In this document: positions 48,124-57,413 of the stretch, piece by piece
How the letters are laid out: every line of letters begins with the position of its first letter
Position numbering within the stretch: position 1 is the stretch's first letter
Origin: a bacterium
GTDB taxonomy: Bacteria > UBA8248
NCBI GenBank assembly: GCA_965221165.1
Contig: CBDCRP010000003.1
Span: 1,696,001 to 1,760,000, forward strand
Direction: 5' to 3'
DNA: 64,000 bases
The notes under the pieces: model-generated
What the model saw: the letters and a program-made list of their open reading frames with translations, nothing else
Database searches by the model: none
What the model was told of the DNA's origin: nothing
Made by a program: the position numbers and the translations under genes

Positions 48124-48298
48124 TACGTCAGAAAGGAGGTGATCCTAATATGAAAATACACTGTAGGGACGAGGTGACCGGCGCCTAGGGGAGAGAGCCC
48201 TGAGGAGATTCCCCCGGGTTCATTCTTCGCCCAGGCGAATCCCCACCAGGTCACCGAACGATGTGAAACCCCGGTCCGAGAGGGCCGGGGTTTTTCAC
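48124..48298 (+). ncRNA. Candidate structured RNA / leader with extended SD, 12-codon ORF and terminator
   Basis: AGAAAGGAGGTGATCC at 48130-48145; helix GGTGACC/GGTCACC enclosing two hairpins; terminal hairpin with T-run. Confidence 0.5.
48263..48298 (+). terminator. Rho-independent terminator
   Basis: CCCCGGTCC-GAGA-GGGCCGGGG-TTTTT. Confidence 0.8.
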
Positions 48299-48363
48299 GT
48301 CGCGCCATTTGCGAAACTCTCACTTTTCACATCATCTGTTTTCAAGGATAAGGAGCGCGTTTC

Positions 48364-48822
48364 ATGTCTCAGACGAGTTGGACGGTCTATCTTTCAGGAG
48401 AAGTGCACACCGACTGGCGCGAGCGAATCACCGAGGGCGCGGAGAAGGCGGGGCTGCCGATCACCTTTCTCGCCCCCGTCACGGACCACGACGCGAGTGA
48501 CGATTGCGGCGTATCGATTCTCGGCGGTGAGGAAAAACCGTTCTGGAAAGACCGCAAGGGCGCGGGCGTGAACGCCATCAGAACGCGCACGCTGATTGAA
48601 AAGGCCGACGTGGTGGTCGTTCGCTTCGGGGAGAAATACAGGCAGTGGAACGCCGCGTTCGACGCGGGCTACGCGGCGGCTCTGGGAAAAGCCGTTATCA
48701 CCTTACACGACCCGGGCCACACCCATGCGCTCAAGGAAGTCGACGCCGCCGCCATGGCCGTGGCCGAAGAACCCGAGCAGGTGGTGCGGATTCTGGGCTA
48801 CGCCATCAACGGAACTTTATAG
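48364..48822 (+). CDS. YtoQ family protein (nucleoside 2-deoxyribosyltransferase-like fold)
   Basis: VYLSGEVHTDWR, HDASDDCG, KYRQWNAAFDAG, HALKEV. Confidence 0.92.
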   Translation: MSQTSWTVYLSGEVHTDWRERITEGAEKAGLPITFLAPVTDHDASDDCGVSILGGEEKPFWKDRKGAGVNAIRTRTLIEKADVVVVRFGEKYRQWNAAFDAGYAAALGKAVITLHDPGHTHALKEVDAAAMAVAEEPEQVVRILGYAINGTL

Positions 48823-48995
48823 AGGGCGTATATATTTGCCCCTCTCCGGGGTCTTCGCCTGCGCGCATTTATCCCGAATCAACGGCGCCACACCCTGAGC
48901 CACCTTGGGCGTGGGACGCATATCTGGGGCTGTTGAAAAAGCCCCCCCAAAAAAACAGGGAATGGATTTCTCAATCGACATACGCTTATAAAATG

Positions 48996-49299
48996 ACTCC
49001 TCCCCTTGAGGGTCGGGCATCTCCTCTTCGGGATGCCCGACAGCAATACGTGCAGCAAGAAATTCACTCCCCCCTTGAGGGGGAGTCAGCAAGGCAAGGA
49101 CGAAGTCCGCAGCCGCGCTGGTGGGGGGTGAATTCCGACTGAGAAAGGAGGATTTGCGCCTTTTGTAGGGGCCGCCCCTCCTCGGGACTGCCCCACCGTT
49201 CGCGAACGGCCCCTACGGAGAGAGCCAAATAGAGCCGTCATTCCGGTGTCAAACCCGATCAATGAGGGAGGTCAAACCCGACCGAGGAGCGAGGGTTTG
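48996..49299. repeat. REP-like palindrome cluster
   Basis: CTCCCCCCTTGAGGGGGAG, GTAGGGGCCG...CGGCCCCTAC, GTCATTCCGG and tandem GTCAAACCCGA modules. Confidence 0.8.
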
Positions 49300-49663
49300 C
49301 GACCGGGGAGGCGTCGTGCTCCTTTTTAATACTCGAACACCGTGGGGCCGTCCACTTTTTAGGCCAACGCCTACGACGGCGGCGACCAGATAACGTGACG
49401 CTTTGCAGATCGGCGGCGCCGGCTTCGATGTCATGAAATCGGTGAGCGCATGAGCCGGGAATGAAACCGTAATGGGGGCGCTTGGGTCAGGTCCGAGTTT
49501 AGGTTCGAACCACCATCGGGAACGTGAGGCTGGTCGCCCGATCCGATTATTGCGAAAATAGTATGATTCTCCTAAAATTCCCCCCGGAATCATCGGGAGG
49601 AGAGGAAGGGTCGTTTTTTCGGGCCATTCGCAGTTATTTTGTCCGACCAGAGAGGAGGCTCCG

Positions 49664-50692
49664 ATGCGGGCCATGGTTCTGCATGAATGGGGAGGTCCCC
49701 TGACGCTCGAAACGGTGCCCGACCCGGCGCCGGGTATCGGAGAAGTCGTGCTGCGCGTGCGCGCCTGCGCGCCGGATCAGTTCGACGTGACCATCCGCGC
49801 GGGCCGGATCGGCGGAAAGCTGCCCCTCATCATGGGGCACGAGATCGCGGGCGAGGTGGCCGCGCGGGGGCCGGGCGTCGAGGGATGGGAGGAGGGCGCC
49901 CGCGCGGTCGTCCACGCCTATCTCACCTGCGGGCGGTGCCGGTTTTGCCTGCTCGGTCGGGTGACCCTCTGCGAGAATTTCCGGGGCTACTTCGGGGTGC
50001 ATCGAGACGGCGGCTACGCCGAGTACGTGCGGGTCCCGGCGGAGAACCTGTGCGCCATTCCCGAAGGAGTGGGGTACGCCGAGGCCACGACCATCGTGAG
50101 CCCGGTGGCGACCCCGCTCAAGGCCATCAAAACGCGCGCGGGCGTGCGCCCGGGGGATGACGTGGTCGTCGTCGGCGCCTGCGGCGGCGTGGGAATTCAC
50201 GCCGTCCAGATCGCCAAGGCCTTCGGCGCGCGCGTCATCGCGGTGGACATCGACGACGCCAAGCTCGCCCGGGCCCGGGAGTTGGGCGCGGACCACGCGG
50301 TGAACGGCCTGGAGGAGGACTTCGCCGCGGTCGTGAGGGAGGTCACGCACGGCAAGGGAGCCGAGGCCGTGCTGGAGTTCGTGGGCACGGAGCAGACGTT
50401 GCCGAAGAGCTTCGCTTCGCTGACGAGGACGGGCGTCCTCGTCGTCGTGGGCTTTCAACCGGGAACGGTCTTCGCGAGCGACCCCACCCGCTTCGTGGAC
50501 GATGAGATCACGGTGACCGGCTCGCGCTACGTGAATCGCGCGGAGTTGGCCGAGGCCGCCGCCTGGGTCGGGTCGGGCCGGGTGAAGCCGGTCGTTTCGG
50601 GGACGTACCCCCTGGCCGAGGTGGAGAAGGCGCTGGCCGACCTCTCGGAAAACCGGGTGGTCGGTCGAGCGCCGATTCTGATCGATTCGTGA
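49664..50692 (+). CDS. Zinc-binding MDR alcohol dehydrogenase family protein
   Basis: GHEIAG, structural Zn CGRCRFC...C, DGGYAEY, GACGGVG. Confidence 0.9.
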   Translation: MRAMVLHEWGGPLTLETVPDPAPGIGEVVLRVRACAPDQFDVTIRAGRIGGKLPLIMGHEIAGEVAARGPGVEGWEEGARAVVHAYLTCGRCRFCLLGRVTLCENFRGYFGVHRDGGYAEYVRVPAENLCAIPEGVGYAEATTIVSPVATPLKAIKTRAGVRPGDDVVVVGACGGVGIHAVQIAKAFGARVIAVDIDDAKLARARELGADHAVNGLEEDFAAVVREVTHGKGAEAVLEFVGTEQTLPKSFASLTRTGVLVVVGFQPGTVFASDPTRFVDDEITVTGSRYVNRAELAEAAAWVGSGRVKPVVSGTYPLAEVEKALADLSENRVVGRAPILIDS

Positions 50693-50737
50693 GAGCGCGT
50701 CCCGCGCAGTTCTCTTGAGACGCTTTCATTTCAGAAT

Positions 50738-50779
50738 CACTCCCTTGAGGGTCAAACCCGACCGGTGAGGGAGGGTTTG
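50738..50779 (+). repeat. Truncated REP joined to a GTCAAACCC hairpin module
   Basis: CACTCCCTTGAGG followed by GTCAAACCCGACCGGTGAGGGAGGGTTTG. Confidence 0.7.
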
Positions 50780-50866
50780 CGTACCGTTGTTTTCCTCGTC
50801 CGTAGCAATCGCTCCTTCATCAGTCGCGTCAAACATTCATTCATCAATCGTGTTTGACCCCACCGA

Positions 50867-51709
50867 TTAGGTGATCGCCGGTGACCAGTCGTATATCCGC
50901 TGCAAGGCGCCTCCCATGAGATCCGCGCGCTCGTCATCGCTCAGGCGGTCCGTGAGGCGGAACGGCGTGACACCCTGCTCGTAGGTCAGCAGATTGACCG
51001 CGCGGGTCCAGTCGGTGCCCCACAGGCACCGATCGAAACCGAATGCGTCGAAGACCCGGCGGAGCGGGTCCCAGAGATCGTCGTAGGGGTAGGGCTCACA
51101 GGACAGCGTGCAGGCGCCGGTGATCTTCACGGCGACGTTGTCGTGATCCGCCAGATCCAGGAGCTTGGGGAGGTCGGCGAAGGGCGCAGGCGGCGCCGGC
51201 GGGTCGAAAGGCTGCTCCAGGCCCAGGTGATCGATGACCAGCATCGTGCTCGGGTGCTCGCGCGCATACCGCGCGGCATGCTCCAGCAAGCCCCAGCACA
51301 TGAGATTGACCGGCAGCGAGGCGCGGGCGGCGGCGGCGAGAACCCGGTCGATGCCCGGATGCTCCGGATCGAGGGGCAGGCCGGGGTTCAGCATGATCCG
51401 GACCCCCACCGCCCCCTCCTGCGCGGCCCAGTCGGCGATCGTTTCCGCGGCGGCGGGATCGGTCGGGTCGACCGGCTTGATCAAGGCGAACCGGCCCGGA
51501 TGCGCGGCATGAACCTCGAGCGCATAGCCGGCATCGTAGCGGTACAGGGCGAACGGCGAGATCAGCAGGGCGGCATCGACGCCGACCGTATCCATGGCCG
51601 CGACCATGCCGTCGCCGGTGACCTCGGGCGGTCCCGGCAGAACTCCGGCCCACGGCCGCCCCGGGCGGTCCCTTTCATAGGCGTGGACCTGAGCGTCGAT
51701 CGTCGGCAT
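50867..51709 (-). CDS. Amidohydrolase_2 family protein
   Basis: IDAQVH, VGVR, VIDHLG, NVAVK, RCLWGTDW. Confidence 0.88.
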   Translation of the reverse strand: MPTIDAQVHAYERDRPGRPWAGVLPGPPEVTGDGMVAAMDTVGVDAALLISPFALYRYDAGYALEVHAAHPGRFALIKPVDPTDPAAAETIADWAAQEGAVGVRIMLNPGLPLDPEHPGIDRVLAAAARASLPVNLMCWGLLEHAARYAREHPSTMLVIDHLGLEQPFDPPAPPAPFADLPKLLDLADHDNVAVKITGACTLSCEPYPYDDLWDPLRRVFDAFGFDRCLWGTDWTRAVNLLTYEQGVTPFRLTDRLSDDERADLMGGALQRIYDWSPAIT

Positions 51710-51952
51710 GCCTTCTGTCCCCGTTCCCGGCGGGCAAGGGCGCAATGATTCCGTTTCGGTACGCTACCACATCGGCCACTCGAAGCGCACGGCTCGTCAC
51801 GGTCTCACACTCCCGGGTTCCGGCCGGGATAAAACCCTAAAGCGTTTTGGACCAGTACGGAGCTTGCCCCGACCTCCCGTGAGGAACTGCTTACGGAAGG
51901 GGTCGAGCGCCTTGTCGAGGCGCTCGGTGTAGCCGGAGAAAAATAATTGCAA

Positions 51953-52078
51953 AAGGGCCGGCAGGACGTGCTTCTCCGGCACGGAGCGGTACGCCGCGAC
52001 GGTGCCCGGCTGTAAGCGCGCGCCGGCGTGGACGCGCATGAAGCGCTCGGCCGGTCCGGCCACGGTGAGTTCCGCCTC
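51953..52078 (-). pseudogene. Remnant of a tyrosine integrase core-binding (SAM-like) domain
   Basis: ELTVAGPAERFMRVHAGARLQPGTVAAYRSVPEKHVLPAL resembles the TVxELAERxxxxH...T...Y...HILPALG pattern; no catalytic domain. Confidence 0.55.
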
Positions 52079-52094
52079 GGGCGGCGCGGGCGCA

Positions 52095-52402
52095 GGGTCC
52101 GTGAGCGGCTCGCCTCGGCGCAGGCATGTCTGGTGAAGATGGAAGTCAACGCTCCGGAGACGCCCCCTGCGCCGGAGTAGGAAAATTCCACTTTTTTCGC
52201 ATATTTTTTCTCTCGCGCATTTGCCCGCAGCACACCGCGCCTGCCCGCATTTGCGTGAGAAAGGGCGCTACTTTCGGATGGCGCCGAAGCTGAATCCCGT
52301 GATGAGGTGCTTCTGGATAAGGACGCCGAGGATGACCACGGGAACGGTGATGACGGTTCCTATCGCCGCCCGGGGACCGTAGAGCCTTCCCTCCGGCGCG
52401 CT
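52095..52402. repeat. Direct repeat copy 1 (orphan 3' end of the ABC permease plus downstream DNA)
   Basis: Aligns with 56269-56579 with scattered substitutions; encodes EGRLYGPRAAIGTVITVPVVILGVLIQKHLITGFSFGAIRK*. Confidence 0.93.
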
Positions 52403-55400
52403 AGGCGTCGCCGACGACGACCAGCAGATCCTTGGTGTTGACCGTGGTGCCGGCCGGCGCAACGACCTCCTGGACGACGCCGCTCCGCTCGGCGCAGATC
52501 ACGGTTTCCATCTTCATCGCCTCGATCGCCACCAACACGTCGCCCTCCTCGACCGCCTCGCCTTCGGCGAAGAACACCTTGACCACCATCCCCGGCATCG
52601 GCGCGCCGAGGTGGCCGGGGTCGCCTTCCTCGGCCTTGGGCAGCGCCGTGCTCGCGGCGGCGGCGCTGCGGTCGGCGACGCGCACCGTCCGGGGCTGTCC
52701 GTTCAACTCGAAGAAGACCGTGCATTCGCCCTTCCGGTCGGTCTCGCTGCGCGCGAGATAGCGGATGAACAGGGTGCGCCCGCGCTCGATGTCGACGGCG
52801 ATCTCCTCGCCCGGCTCCATGCCGTAGAAATAAACCGGGGTCGGCAGCACGCTGACGTCGCCGTATTTGCGCCGCGCGGCGGCGTAGTCGGCGAAAACCT
52901 GCGGGTACATCAGCCAGGACGCGAACTCGGCATCGCTGATCGGGCGCTGGGCCTTCCTTTCGGCTTCCTCGCGGCAGGCTTCGAGATCGGCGTCGGACAT
53001 CACCGAGCCGGGCCGCACGGTGATCGGCTCCCTTCCTTTGAGGATCTTCTCCTGCAGGGCGCGCGGGAATCCGCCGTGCGGCTGCCCCAGCTCGCCCGCG
53101 AACAGCGAGACCACCGATTCCGGAAAGGCAATCTCGCGCTCGGGGTCGGCCACGTCTTCCGGCGTCAGCCCGCCCGTCACCATCATCAGCGCCATGTCGC
53201 CGACCACCTTGGAGGAGGGCGTGACCTTCACGATGTCGCCGAACATGCGGTTGACCTCGGTATAGGTCCGCGAGACCTCCGGCCAGCGCTGGTTGTCGAT
53301 ACCCAGCGCCCGCGCCTGCTCGCGCAGATTGGTGTACTGGCCGCCCGGAATTTCGTGGTTGTAGACATCCGACGTGCCGGCGCGGAAATCGCTCTCGAAG
53401 GCGCGATAGAGGTTTCGCACCTGCTCCCAATAGGTGGACAGCGTCATCACCGTATCGGGGTCGATTCCGGGGTCGCGCGCGGAGTGGCGCAAAGCCGCGG
53501 TGATCGAGCCGAAGCTCGGCTGCGAGGTGAGCCCGCTCATCGAATCCATCGCCGCATCCACGGCATCCACCCCGGCCTCCACCGCGGCGAGCACGCTCGC
53601 GGCGGAAATCCCGCTGGTGTCGTGGGTGTGGAAGTGGATGGGGATGCCGATCTCCTGCCTCAGGGTTTCGACGAGGATCCGGGCCGCCGCCGGCTTGCAC
53701 AGACCCGCCATGTCCTTGAGGCCCAGGATATGGGCGCCCGCGGCCTCGAGCTCGCGGGCGAGCGCGACATAGTACCCGAGGTCGTACTTGGTGCGGTTGG
53801 GGTCGGTGATGTCGCCGGTGTAGCAGATCGCCGCCTCGCAGAGCTTGCCGGTCTCCAGCACCGCGTCCATCGCCGGGCGCATGTTCTCGACCCAGTTGAG
53901 CGAATCGAAGATGCGGAACAGGTCGACCCCGTTCTCGGCCGATTGGCGCACGAAATAGCGCACCACATTGTCGGGATAGGTGGTGTAGCCGACGCCGTTC
54001 GACGCGCGCAGCAGCATCTGGGTCAGGAGGTTGGGCATCGCGGCGCGCAGCCGTTCGAGCCACGTCCAGGGACATTCGTCGAGAAAGCGCATCGCCACGT
54101 CGAAGGTCGCGCCGCCCCAGCATTCGACCGAGAGAAGCTGGGGCAGCAGCCGCGCATAGGCCGGCGCGATGGCGAGAAGGTCATAGCTCCGGACCCGTGT
54201 CGCCAGCAGCGACTGATGCGCGTCCCGGAACGTGGTGTCGGTCATCAGCACCCGTTCCTGGTCGCGCATCCACCGGGCGAAACCCTCAGGGCCGAGGGCA
54301 TCGAGCAGCTGGCGCGAACCGTCCGGGACCTCGACGCCGGGGACCTCCGGCGCGCTCGGAGTCTGGCGCGTCGGCGGTTCGGGCCGGCCTTCGACGGCGC
54401 CGTTGCCGTTGACGATCACCTCCCCCAGATAGCGCAGCAGCCGGGTCGCGCGGTCCCGCCTGTAGACGAAGCTGAACAACTCCGGCGTCTCGTCGACGAA
54501 GCGCGTCGTGCAAGCGCCTTCCAGGAACTGCGGATGGCCGATGACGTTCTCGAGAAAGGCGAGGTTGGTGGCGACGCCGCGGATGCGGAATTCACGGAGC
54601 GCCCGGTCCATCCGCCGGATCGCCTCATCCAGCGTCGGCGCCCAGGCCGTCACCTTCTCCAGCAGCGAGTCGTAGAACGGCGTGATCCGCGCGCCCGAAT
54701 AGGCGGTGCCGCCGTCTAGGCGCACGCCGAACCCGGTAGCGCCGCGATAGGCGGTGAGCACCCCGTAATCCGGAATAAAGTTGTTCTCCGGGTCCTCGGT
54801 GGTCACCCGGCATTGCATGGCATGGCCGTTCACCCGGATGTCACCCTGGCTCGGGATTCCGCTCTCAGGCGCGCCGATCACGGCCCCGTCGGCGATGCGG
54901 ATCTGCGCCTTCACCAGGTCGACGCCGGTCACCACCTCGGTGACCGTGTGCTCGACCTGGATGCGCGGATTGACCTCGATGAAGTGGAACGCGCCGGTGT
55001 CGTCGTCGACCAGGAACTCGACGGTGCCGGCATTGTCGTAGCCCACCGCGCGGCCGATCTCGAGCGCGCTCTCGTGGATCGCCGCGCGGGTCGCCGCGTC
55101 GAGATAATGCGCCGGCGCGCGCTCGACGATCTTCTGGTTGCGCCGCTGCACCGAGCAGTCCCTCTCGTGGAGATGCACCAGGTTGCCGTGATTGTCGCCG
55201 AGGATCTGGACCTCGACGTGCCGCGCGCGGCGAATCAGTTTTTCGAGATAGACCTCGTCGTTCCCGAACGCCGCCAGGCACTCGCGCCGCGCGGCCTCGA
55301 CTCCGTCGGCGAGCTCGGCCTCGCTCTCGATCGCGCGCATGCCGCGCCCGCCGCCGCCCCAGCTCGCCTTGAGCATGACGGGAAAACCGACCTCCCGGGC

Positions 55401-55865
55401 GAGACGCGCGGCCTCCTCCGGGTCGCGGGGGAGCGGGCCGGTCGCCGGAACCACCGGAACGCCGGCCGATTGCGCGATCTCCCGCGCCGCCACCTTGTTG
55501 CCGAGTGCGCGCATGATCTCGGGCCGCGGGCCGACGAAGGCGACATCTGCGTTCGCACACGCCTCGGCAAAGTCCGGGTTCTCGGACAGGAAGCCATAGC
55601 CCGGGTGGATCGCATCGGCGGCGTTCTCGCGCGCAACGCGGATCACCTCGTCGATGCTGAGGTAGGCCTCGATCGGGCCCATTCCCCGGCCCACCGGATA
55701 GGCCTCGTCGGCCTTGAAGCGGTGCAGCGCGAAGCGGTCCTCTTGTGAGTAGATCGCGATCGTCATGATGCCGAGCTCGACCGCGGCGCGCAGCACGCGG
55801 ATGGCGATTTCGCTCCGGTTGGCGACCAGGATACGGCGGAAATTGGTCTGCGGCTTGCTAATCAT
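52401..55865 (-). CDS. pyc: Pyruvate carboxylase
   Basis: Biotin carboxylase (ANRSEIAIR, HPGYGFLSEN), CT domain (RDAHQSL, WGGATFD, HTHD), biotinyl EAMKM. Confidence 0.98.
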   Translation of the reverse strand: MISKPQTNFRRILVANRSEIAIRVLRAAVELGIMTIAIYSQEDRFALHRFKADEAYPVGRGMGPIEAYLSIDEVIRVARENAADAIHPGYGFLSENPDFAEACANADVAFVGPRPEIMRALGNKVAAREIAQSAGVPVVPATGPLPRDPEEAARLAREVGFPVMLKASWGGGGRGMRAIESEAELADGVEAARRECLAAFGNDEVYLEKLIRRARHVEVQILGDNHGNLVHLHERDCSVQRRNQKIVERAPAHYLDAATRAAIHESALEIGRAVGYDNAGTVEFLVDDDTGAFHFIEVNPRIQVEHTVTEVVTGVDLVKAQIRIADGAVIGAPESGIPSQGDIRVNGHAMQCRVTTEDPENNFIPDYGVLTAYRGATGFGVRLDGGTAYSGARITPFYDSLLEKVTAWAPTLDEAIRRMDRALREFRIRGVATNLAFLENVIGHPQFLEGACTTRFVDETPELFSFVYRRDRATRLLRYLGEVIVNGNGAVEGRPEPPTRQTPSAPEVPGVEVPDGSRQLLDALGPEGFARWMRDQERVLMTDTTFRDAHQSLLATRVRSYDLLAIAPAYARLLPQLLSVECWGGATFDVAMRFLDECPWTWLERLRAAMPNLLTQMLLRASNGVGYTTYPDNVVRYFVRQSAENGVDLFRIFDSLNWVENMRPAMDAVLETGKLCEAAICYTGDITDPNRTKYDLGYYVALARELEAAGAHILGLKDMAGLCKPAAARILVETLRQEIGIPIHFHTHDTSGISAASVLAAVEAGVDAVDAAMDSMSGLTSQPSFGSITAALRHSARDPGIDPDTVMTLSTYWEQVRNLYRAFESDFRAGTSDVYNHEIPGGQYTNLREQARALGIDNQRWPEVSRTYTEVNRMFGDIVKVTPSSKVVGDMALMMVTGGLTPEDVADPEREIAFPESVVSLFAGELGQPHGGFPRALQEKILKGREPITVRPGSVMSDADLEACREEAERKAQRPISDAEFASWLMYPQVFADYAAARRKYGDVSVLPTPVYFYGMEPGEEIAVDIERGRTLFIRYLARSETDRKGECTVFFELNGQPRTVRVADRSAAAASTALPKAEEGDPGHLGAPMPGMVVKVFFAEGEAVEEGDVLVAIEAMKMETVICAERSGVVQEVVAPAGTTVNTKDLLVVVGDA

Positions 55866-56268
55866 ATCGCTCCCTGTGCGCCCACGCGGAGCCTCCGCCC
55901 GCCGGTCCGCGGTTCGGGCTCCGGTAACCGTCCGGACCGGTTGGCGTCTCGTGAATCATCCGGGTCGAAAACCTGTACCAAACCGGTGTCCGCCAAGGTT
56001 GGAGGCCGAGTCGTCGACCTGTCCCATCCTTCATGACATGGGCGCTCTCGCCCCTGATACCGAAGCCAGTCTGCGTCGGCTCTTCCCGGCAACTTCTTAG
56101 AACCCGCAGAGGACGGATTTTCGCATGTTGTTGCGTAACCGGCCAACGCCACCCGGACAAGTCCGCTCCGGTGAGGGTTCGGAGGGAGCGGGGCCGGCTC
56201 GAGGGAGGTGGAGAGGTCGAAGGAAGCGCTGGGATCGGGTGAAGGGCGAGCGCCAGAGGCCGAAAGCC

Positions 56269-56579
56269 GGGTCCGTGATCGGCTTGCCTCGGTGCAGGCA
56301 TATCTGGTGAAGATGGAAGTCAACGCTCCGGAGACGGCCCCCGCGCCGGAGTAGGAAAATTCCACTTTTTTCGCATATTTTTCTCTCGCGCATTTGCCCG
56401 CAGCACACCGCGCCTGCCCGCATTTGCGGGCCTGAGAAAGGGCGCTACTTTCGGATGGTGCCGAAACTGAATCCCGTGACGAGGTGTTTCTGGATAAGGA
56501 CGCCGAGAATGACCACGGGAAGGGTGATGACGGTTCCTATCGCAGCCTGCGGTCCGTAGAGTCTTCCCTCCATCGCGCT
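56269..56579. repeat. Direct repeat copy 2 (includes the functional permease 3' end)
   Basis: Aligns with 52095-52402. Confidence 0.93.
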
Positions 56580-57413
56580 CTGGAACTTGTTGAGCAGGAT
56601 GGGCAGCGTGATGACGTTCGGCTGGGTCAGCGTCAGGGCGAGCAAAAACTCGCTCCAGTTCAGGATGAAGATGAACAGGAAGGTCACCACCATGCCCGGC
56701 GCAACCAGGGGCACGACCACGCGGCGCAGCGTGTAGATGCGGCCCGCGCCCATGATTTGCGCGGCGTGCTCGATGGTTTTGGGCACCTCCTCGATGAAGT
56801 TCAGCATCATCCAGATGACGAACGGCAACGTGGTCGCCGTGTAGAGGAGGCCCAGGCCGATGTAGGTGTCGATCATGCTGATTCTAATCCCGAGGACCGA
56901 TTGGGTGGTGAACGGAATCAGGATGGCGTAGTACATCACGACGGGAATCGCGATGATGATGGGCGGGACCATGCGGATGGTCAGAATCATATAGCGGAAA
57001 TACTTTCCGCCGACGCTGAACCTCGATATCGAATAGGCCAGAAACGTGCCCAGCAGGAGCGCGAACAGCGCGCTGATGGAGGAGATGAGCATCGAATCCC
57101 GCACCGCTCCCCAGATGGTGTAGGCCTGATCGGTGGCTTCGCGGCTGAGGCCTTCGCCGTGCCCGACCACGCTGAAAATCTGCCGGTAGTTCAGCAGAGT
57201 GGGTTCATACCCCCCGCCTAAGAAGGTCGGAAACCAGTTCGGCGGCCAGGCCACCCAGTCGCCCGAATCCTTGAAGGAGGTCGATATCATCCAGAAGATC
57301 GGGAACATGATCATGACCGCCCAGCCCAGCAGCGCGGCGTGGCGGAGCCAGAAGAAGAGGTTGTAGCGCTTGGCGAAGGACATTTCCTCGCGCATGCCTG
57401 CGTCGTTCGTCAT
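56445..57413 (-). CDS. Carbohydrate ABC transporter permease (MalG-like)
   Basis: FPIFWMISTSFK, EHAAQIMGA loop, WSEFLLAL. Confidence 0.93.
   Translation of the reverse strand: MTNDAGMREEMSFAKRYNLFFWLRHAALLGWAVMIMFPIFWMISTSFKDSGDWVAWPPNWFPTFLGGGYEPTLLNYRQIFSVVGHGEGLSREATDQAYTIWGAVRDSMLISSISALFALLLGTFLAYSISRFSVGGKYFRYMILTIRMVPPIIIAIPVVMYYAILIPFTTQSVLGIRISMIDTYIGLGLLYTATTLPFVIWMMLNFIEEVPKTIEHAAQIMGAGRIYTLRRVVVPLVAPGMVVTFLFIFILNWSEFLLALTLTQPNVITLPILLNKFQSAMEGRLYGPQAAIGTVITLPVVILGVLIQKHLVTGFSFGTIRK

Noticed and set aside
48130-48145. 16S rRNA 3'-end fragment (GGATCACCTCCTTTCT on the minus strand)
   Set aside because: The flanking sequence does not continue as 16S helix 45; treated as an extended SD instead
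49300-49620. Possible gene remnant or RNA between the REP cluster and the ADH gene
   Set aside because: No recognisable motif, convincing ORF or stable structure could be supported
52131-52160. tRNA/tmRNA 3'-end (att) look-alike TGGTGAAGATGG inside the direct repeat
   Set aside because: No T-arm consensus (GTTCRA) at the expected distance
52360-54719. Long alternative ORFs (587 aa and 702 aa) over pyc, and similar shadow ORFs elsewhere (e.g. 62612-63997, 33704-34855)
   Set aside because: Off-frame or antisense shadows typical of high-GC coding DNA; the real genes have clear family motifs
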